From: Clostridia bacterium
Lineage (GTDB): Bacteria > Bacillota > Clostridia > UMGS1883
Reading direction: 5' to 3'
Assembly (NCBI GenBank): GCA_051866635.1
Contig: JBJDXJ010000038.1
Location: 32,001-96,000 of the forward strand
Length of the DNA: 64,000 nucleotides
Below, piece by piece: positions 59,396 to 64,000 of the stretch. The position numbers were made by a program, and so were the translations under genes. The notes beneath the pieces are model-generated. The model was not told where the DNA came from, made no database searches, and worked only from the letters and a program-made list of their open reading frames with translations. Every line of letters begins with the position of its first letter. Position 1 is the stretch's first letter.

Positions 59396-59558
59396 CGGCT
59401 GTTCGTTCTTTGGCTCTTTAATCGTATCTACAGAGGCTCATTGTCAAGTAAACCATGGAATAAATGAGAAAACTCAAGGATTGTTACTATTTATTCCGTA
59501 TTTTGCAGCTTTTCCTGACTGTTTTTTTGAGAGGACGCTATTTTATCACTACATTTTA

Positions 59559-59587
59559 TTGACAAATCCTGTTTTCTTCTATAGAAT
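59559..59587 (+). promoter_or_regulatory. sigma-A promoter of the last gene
   Basis: TTGACA-17 bp-TAGAAT. Confidence 0.75.
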
Positions 59588-59630
59588 AAAATACAGATAA
59601 GTATTGGAAAATTTGAAAGGATGGTGCAAT

Positions 59631-62600
59631 ATGAAAAAACTGGTTTCAATTATTCTGGTTGCCCTTATGGTTCTGTCATTTGTCCCTTCGGTTGGGGCAG
59701 CGTATGTAGCTTACAGCGGAACTTGCGGCGACAATGTCACATGGGAATTGGATGATGAAGGTGTTTTGACCATTTCAGGTATCGGTGCCATGGATGATTA
59801 TAGTTGGTCATCTTCTGACTTACGAGCTCCATGGTCAAAGTACCGTTCCGTGATTGAAAAGGTTATTATAAGAAACGGTGTAACAAGGATAGGCGAGTCA
59901 GCTTTTGACGGCGAATCCTATAGCTATTTGACGGAAGTAACAATCCCTGACAGTGTAAAAAGTATAGGTAATTATGGATTCTATGCTTGCTCTTTTATTA
60001 GTGATGTTTACTATGAAGGTACAGAAGATGAATGGAAAGATATTTCTGTTTATTCGGGAAATACAACACTGAAAAAAGCAAATATTCATTATAACTCATC
60101 AATGGAGGTAGGCGGTAAATGCGGTGAAGAAGCTTATTGGAAGTTTTTTGACGGTGTGCTGACAATCTACGGCAAAGGTGTAATGGATGACTACACCTCA
60201 ATACAGGAAACATCCTGGTACAGTTATGTAAGTGAAATTAAAAAGGTTGTTATCGAAAACGGTATTACAACAGTAGGTGCATATGCATTTTCAGCGTTAA
60301 CACAGCTTAAGGAAATTGATTTTGGTAATACAGTTGAATACATAAAAGATTGTGCCTTTTACAAATGTACAAAGCTTGAAGAGTTGAATTTACCCCAAAG
60401 TTTAAAAGATATTAAAAAAGGTGGCTTTGGCTATTGCATTTTGTTAAAGGAAGTTACACTTCCTGAAAATGTTGTTGCATTGGGCGCGGCTTCCTTCGGC
60501 AACTGTATAGCTTTGGAAAAGGTAATACTTTCAGAACGTATTTTTGCTATGGGAACAGGTGCCTTTGCATATTGTAAATCACTTAAAGAAGTTGTAATCC
60601 CTGCAGAGATGACAGTACTGTCTAAAAATTTATTCGCAGGATGCACAAGTTTGGAATATGTATATATACATAGTGGTATTGAAACTATTTCCGAAGGTGT
60701 TTTTTACGGATGTAAAAATCTTAAAGAGGTGACAATACCTAAAAGTGTAACATCTATTGAGGTAGACTCCTTTTATAACTGTAAAGCCGTTTTAAGTGTT
60801 GTGAAGGGTTCCTATGCCGAAACTTATGCAAAAGAACAGGGCATGAACTATGTATATTTTGTTGGTACACTTCTTTCCATCCAAGTTATAGGTGATGATG
60901 GAGAAGAGTTGAAGGATGGATATACTGTTAATTGGTATGTTCAGGGTACTGACAATGCGGTAGGTCAAGGACCGGAAATCTCGGTGGAAGATACAACAAA
61001 AACCTACGAATGTAAGATTGACTTTGACGAGGATTTAGCTTTAACATATTACCGCTTAAATGAAAGAATAACCGTAGAGTCAACTGATAGAAAGGTCTGG
61101 TTAAAAGCCATTCCTACGGTAGCTTTGGAAGGTGTTGTAACCGATATTGACGGCGAACCTTTGGACGGTGTTTCAGTCCGGGTTGAACAAGACTTCAGCA
61201 TGGGCGTTGAAAAGACAGAAAGTGCGGCTACAGGAAATGATGGATTGTACAGCAAGGACGTAAAGCTTGTACCTACACGTGTCACGTTTTCAAAGGACGG
61301 ATATTATTCAAAAACTATCAACGTAATAGATTATGACAACATATTTGACAGAGAAGCAGGTTCAGAAGTTGTTCTTGACAAATTGCCTGACAGTAAAATA
61401 AAAATGTCCTATGTGGTTAATTCCCTTAAAGAAGACGGAGAGGATATAGAGCAGTTTATATATAATGATATAGCATATTTTGATTATCTATTATATAACA
61501 ACACTGAGGATTGTGAAATTACTGAGTATTCATACGAGCATCCCTATTTTGTAATAGATTCGGGCGTTGCAAAAGAAGGTGATGAAATCACCCTTTCAAT
61601 TACAGATGCACAAAATATTGTAACAGCAGATGATATCACATTTGTGTTGGGTGAAGCAGGCAGTGCGGAAGTTACGGCAGAACTTTTGTATAACGGATGT
61701 TTCAAGGCAGATGTTTTCTCGGAGAATGAAACAATTGTTATTGTTTTTGATAAGACAGGTGAATTTATAAAGACTTATTTTGTACAAGGCACCAAATTTA
61801 AGTCCTCCAATTTGCCCGAAGGTGATTATACAGCAGTATTTTTGAAAAAGACACAGTATTTTTCAAAGGTAGAGTCTTTGGGAAAACTTAGTGAAATCGG
61901 TCTTAAAGAAACTGACTATGTTTTGAAAAATGTAACAGTTGAAAAGGGGAAAATAAATGCGTTAGGTGATGTTAATGTTCCCGATTTTGACGAAGAGCTG
62001 CTATATTGCACCGAATATGCAAGTGTGGTAAATAACAGCTATCAGGCCGTAACAGGTCAGCTTATACAGATTGATGCAAAATACAAGGTTAAAGACGGCT
62101 ATGAAACAGGTGGTGAAAAACTTGTATTTGAACTGCCTGAAAATATAAGCCTTGTTTCAAAGAGCGTGGTTGTAAATTCCCAAGTGGCAAATTATGAAAC
62201 ACAGGGAAATAAAGTTACGGTTTATACTAACACAAATGAAGCAAAGGTACGTTTTTATGTGACAAGTAATGTTTCGGGAGAATATGCAATAACTGGCTAT
62301 ATTGACTGCAAGACAGACCAAAACAACATTATTAAGCCCATAGGCACATGTACCCTTAATGTTACAAATGCCGATATCAGTGTGCCAGAACGCACAAACA
62401 AAAGCAGCGTTACTGTCAGTGGTGTAGCCATGGCAGACAGCACTGTAACAGTGTATGACAACTATAAAAAGGTTGGAACAACAACGACAAACGGTAATGG
62501 TAACTGGAGTTTGACATTCAATCTTCCTAACGGTGACTATTCATACTACTACCACACTATTTACGCAACTATTACAAATCCAAAGTATGCAGGCTGTGTT

Positions 62601-64000
62601 GTGACAAAGACAAAGGTATTGGAATATATAAAGACAAATTCTGTTGGAAGCGGCATATATATTACAAGGATTGATATGAACAGCGGAATTTCAGGTTATG
62701 AAGAATGTAATAACGTAATTTTTGACTTTAAGAAAAATACATCTTTGAATTTGGACGGAAGAAAATATTACAGTGTTCTTACAAATGACACATTTACATT
62801 TAACATTAAGTTTAATGAAAATTCAAAGGACCTTAAAAATGTTATTCTTCATGTTCTTAAAGACAACGGAAGTGTAAGTAATCACGAAGCAACATATAAC
62901 AGTATTACCGACACATGGATGGTCAAAGCCAAATTTTACGGCGATGCTCCCGTTAATGTAAACGTATCCTTTGACGTACCCTCTTATAATACAATTGAAG
63001 ACAGCGTTATTCAGAACGAAGCTATGAATATAACAGGGCAGTGCAGAGATGTAATTGATGCTTCTCTTGATGTGCTTGCAGAAAATGGTTCAAGTTACCT
63101 TACATACACAAAGAGTGTTGATTCTAACGGAAAAATCGTATATACAGCACAAAATCCTGTTACGGGAAAAAAGCTGTGGGACGTAAAATTCAGTAACCGT
63201 AATTACGGCAAGGCATGGAGCGATGTGGGAACGGATAATTTCATAAATAAATTATCTGTTCCGGGCATCTATAGTTGTTATTACGGCATTAAAGCAACAG
63301 ATACAGGCTTTGAACATATACTTCTTAGCGGTAAAGCGGCAATAAGTATTGAGGTTGACTATTCAAATATTCTTAACGAACAGGGCGAAGATACAACAAT
63401 TTATGATTTGTTTACAACAAATGCGGAAGTATTGCCCTTTGTTAAACAGATACTGGGCCAATCCAATGCCAAGTATATGGAAACGGTAATTTCACAGCTC
63501 AATGGACAGTACAGTGACTTATACAGCGAACTGTTGGCACTTATAAATTCCAAAAATGCGTACGGTTCTTATGTAATTGAAGAAGCTGAACGTGAAAAGC
63601 TTACAAAGGAACTTGAAGAATTAAGAACAGGTTCTAAAACCTATGTGGACGAAACTAAGAAAATCGTCGGTGAATACTTAAATGCAATGTTATCGGCAAC
63701 TCTTGTTTCATCTACAGTTGAAGCTGTATTAAATTCTGAGCAATTTGACTCTTCCGATTTTGTATCAACTTGGAACGAAATGGAGGAAGGTATGGTTGAC
63801 GGCGTCCTTCAGAAAGAGTTAATCGTACCTGATTCAACAGAAGCTTTATTGGGAAATGCAAAAACAGTGCTTAAGGAAAGCGACAGTGTTATCCGTTCCT
63901 TAATCTTTAAGACAGGCAGCGAAGAAGCGGAAAGGAATTTTGACAGCTATTTCAGATTTGGCGATAAAGAAACACTGCTTAAGAATAAGCTTAGTTTAGA
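59631..64000 (+). CDS. large secreted BspA-type LRR surface protein (runs off the window end)
   Basis: Manual translation MKKLVSIILVALMVLSFVPSVGA..SGTCGDNVTWELDDEGVLTISG..APW..GVTRIGESAF; absent from the ORF track, consistent with no in-frame stop; frame still open at 64000. Confidence 0.85.
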   Translation, partial: MKKLVSIILVALMVLSFVPSVGAAYVAYSGTCGDNVTWELDDEGVLTISGIGAMDDYSWSSSDLRAPWSKYRSVIEKVIIRNGVTRIGESAFDGESYSYLTEVTIPDSVKSIGNYGFYACSFISDVYYEGTEDEWKDISVYSGNTTLKKANIHYNSSMEVGGKCGEEAYWKFFDGVLTIYGKGVMDDYTSIQETSWYSYVSEIKKVVIENGITTVGAYAFSALTQLKEIDFGNTVEYIKDCAFYKCTKLEELNLPQSLKDIKKGGFGYCILLKEVTLPENVVALGAASFGNCIALEKVILSERIFAMGTGAFAYCKSLKEVVIPAEMTVLSKNLFAGCTSLEYVYIHSGIETISEGVFYGCKNLKEVTIPKSVTSIEVDSFYNCKAVLSVVKGSYAETYAKEQGMNYVYFVGTLLSIQVIGDDGEELKDGYTVNWYVQGTDNAVGQGPEISVEDTTKTYECKIDFDEDLALTYYRLNERITVESTDRKVWLKAIPTVALEGVVTDIDGEPLDGVSVRVEQDFSMGVEKTESAATGNDGLYSKDVKLVPTRVTFSKDGYYSKTINVIDYDNIFDREAGSEVVLDKLPDSKIKMSYVVNSLKEDGEDIEQFIYNDIAYFDYLLYNNTEDCEITEYSYEHPYFVIDSGVAKEGDEITLSITDAQNIVTADDITFVLGEAGSAEVTAELLYNGCFKADVFSENETIVIVFDKTGEFIKTYFVQGTKFKSSNLPEGDYTAVFLKKTQYFSKVESLGKLSEIGLKETDYVLKNVTVEKGKINALGDVNVPDFDEELLYCTEYASVVNNSYQAVTGQLIQIDAKYKVKDGYETGGEKLVFELPENISLVSKSVVVNSQVANYETQGNKVTVYTNTNEAKVRFYVTSNVSGEYAITGYIDCKTDQNNIIKPIGTCTLNVTNADISVPERTNKSSVTVSGVAMADSTVTVYDNYKKVGTTTTNGNGNWSLTFNLPNGDYSYYYHTIYATITNPKYAGCVVTKTKVLEYIKTNSVGSGIYITRIDMNSGISGYEECNNVIFDFKKNTSLNLDGRKYYSVLTNDTFTFNIKFNENSKDLKNVILHVLKDNGSVSNHEATYNSITDTWMVKAKFYGDAPVNVNVSFDVPSYNTIEDSVIQNEAMNITGQCRDVIDASLDVLAENGSSYLTYTKSVDSNGKIVYTAQNPVTGKKLWDVKFSNRNYGKAWSDVGTDNFINKLSVPGIYSCYYGIKATDTGFEHILLSGKAAISIEVDYSNILNEQGEDTTIYDLFTTNAEVLPFVKQILGQSNAKYMETVISQLNGQYSDLYSELLALINSKNAYGSYVIEEAEREKLTKELEELRTGSKTYVDETKKIVGEYLNAMLSATLVSSTVEAVLNSEQFDSSDFVSTWNEMEEGMVDGVLQKELIVPDSTEALLGNAKTVLKESDSVIRSLIFKTGSEEAERNFDSYFRFGDKETLLKNKLSL

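Noticed and set aside
43400-59591. ATAGAATAAAA at 43400 and 59581 as island attL/attR
   Set aside because: Only 11 bp and AT-rich, and both overlap -10 regions; chance match is likely
59322-59600. 92-aa ORF in the ORF track
   Set aside because: Crosses an inverted repeat and the next gene's promoter, with no recognisable motif
55-64000. Many short antisense or overlapping ORFs (e.g. 29087-29836, 49024-49626, 24470-24991)
   Set aside because: Shadow frames of well-supported genes with no recognisable motifs
1-64000. tRNA, rRNA, T-box and CRISPR arrays
   Set aside because: None recognisable by eye in the intergenic regions; an Infernal or tRNAscan run would confirm

Overview
This looks like chromosomal DNA from a low-GC Clostridia-type Firmicute (standard genetic code, sigma-A promoters, SLH proteins). 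About 1-36 kb is housekeeping: the minus-strand rimP-nusA-ylxR-L7Ae-infB-rbfA-nrnA-truB-ribF operon, polA-coaE-lytic transglycosylase, rpmB, and a long plus-strand run (leuCDB, yqeG, aroE-aroK fusion, yggS-sepF-ylmH-divIVA-ileS-lspA-rluD, pyrBCFKD, metG-tatD-radical SAM, pan genes, two aldo-keto reductases). 36-43 kb holds a large secreted multidomain GH88/GH105-like enzyme, a HAD hydrolase and a stand-alone paralog of the GH domain. 43.5-64 kb is an accessory cell-surface locus. The best candidate for a new system is at 43.6-44.7 kb: a tyrosine recombinase whose stop codon overlaps the first of two dif-like sites with perfectly inverted 18-bp cores. These sites bracket a ~250-bp segment carrying a near-consensus sigma-A promoter and a bidirectional terminator, i.e. 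a predicted invertible ON/OFF switch for a 2565-aa Ig-repeat protein and four SLH proteins. Also notable are a ~165-bp nested-hairpin MITE-like repeat present twice, and a possible strand-complementation link between the giant Ig protein and the next SLH protein. All calls are by eye from motifs and gene order; no searches were run.
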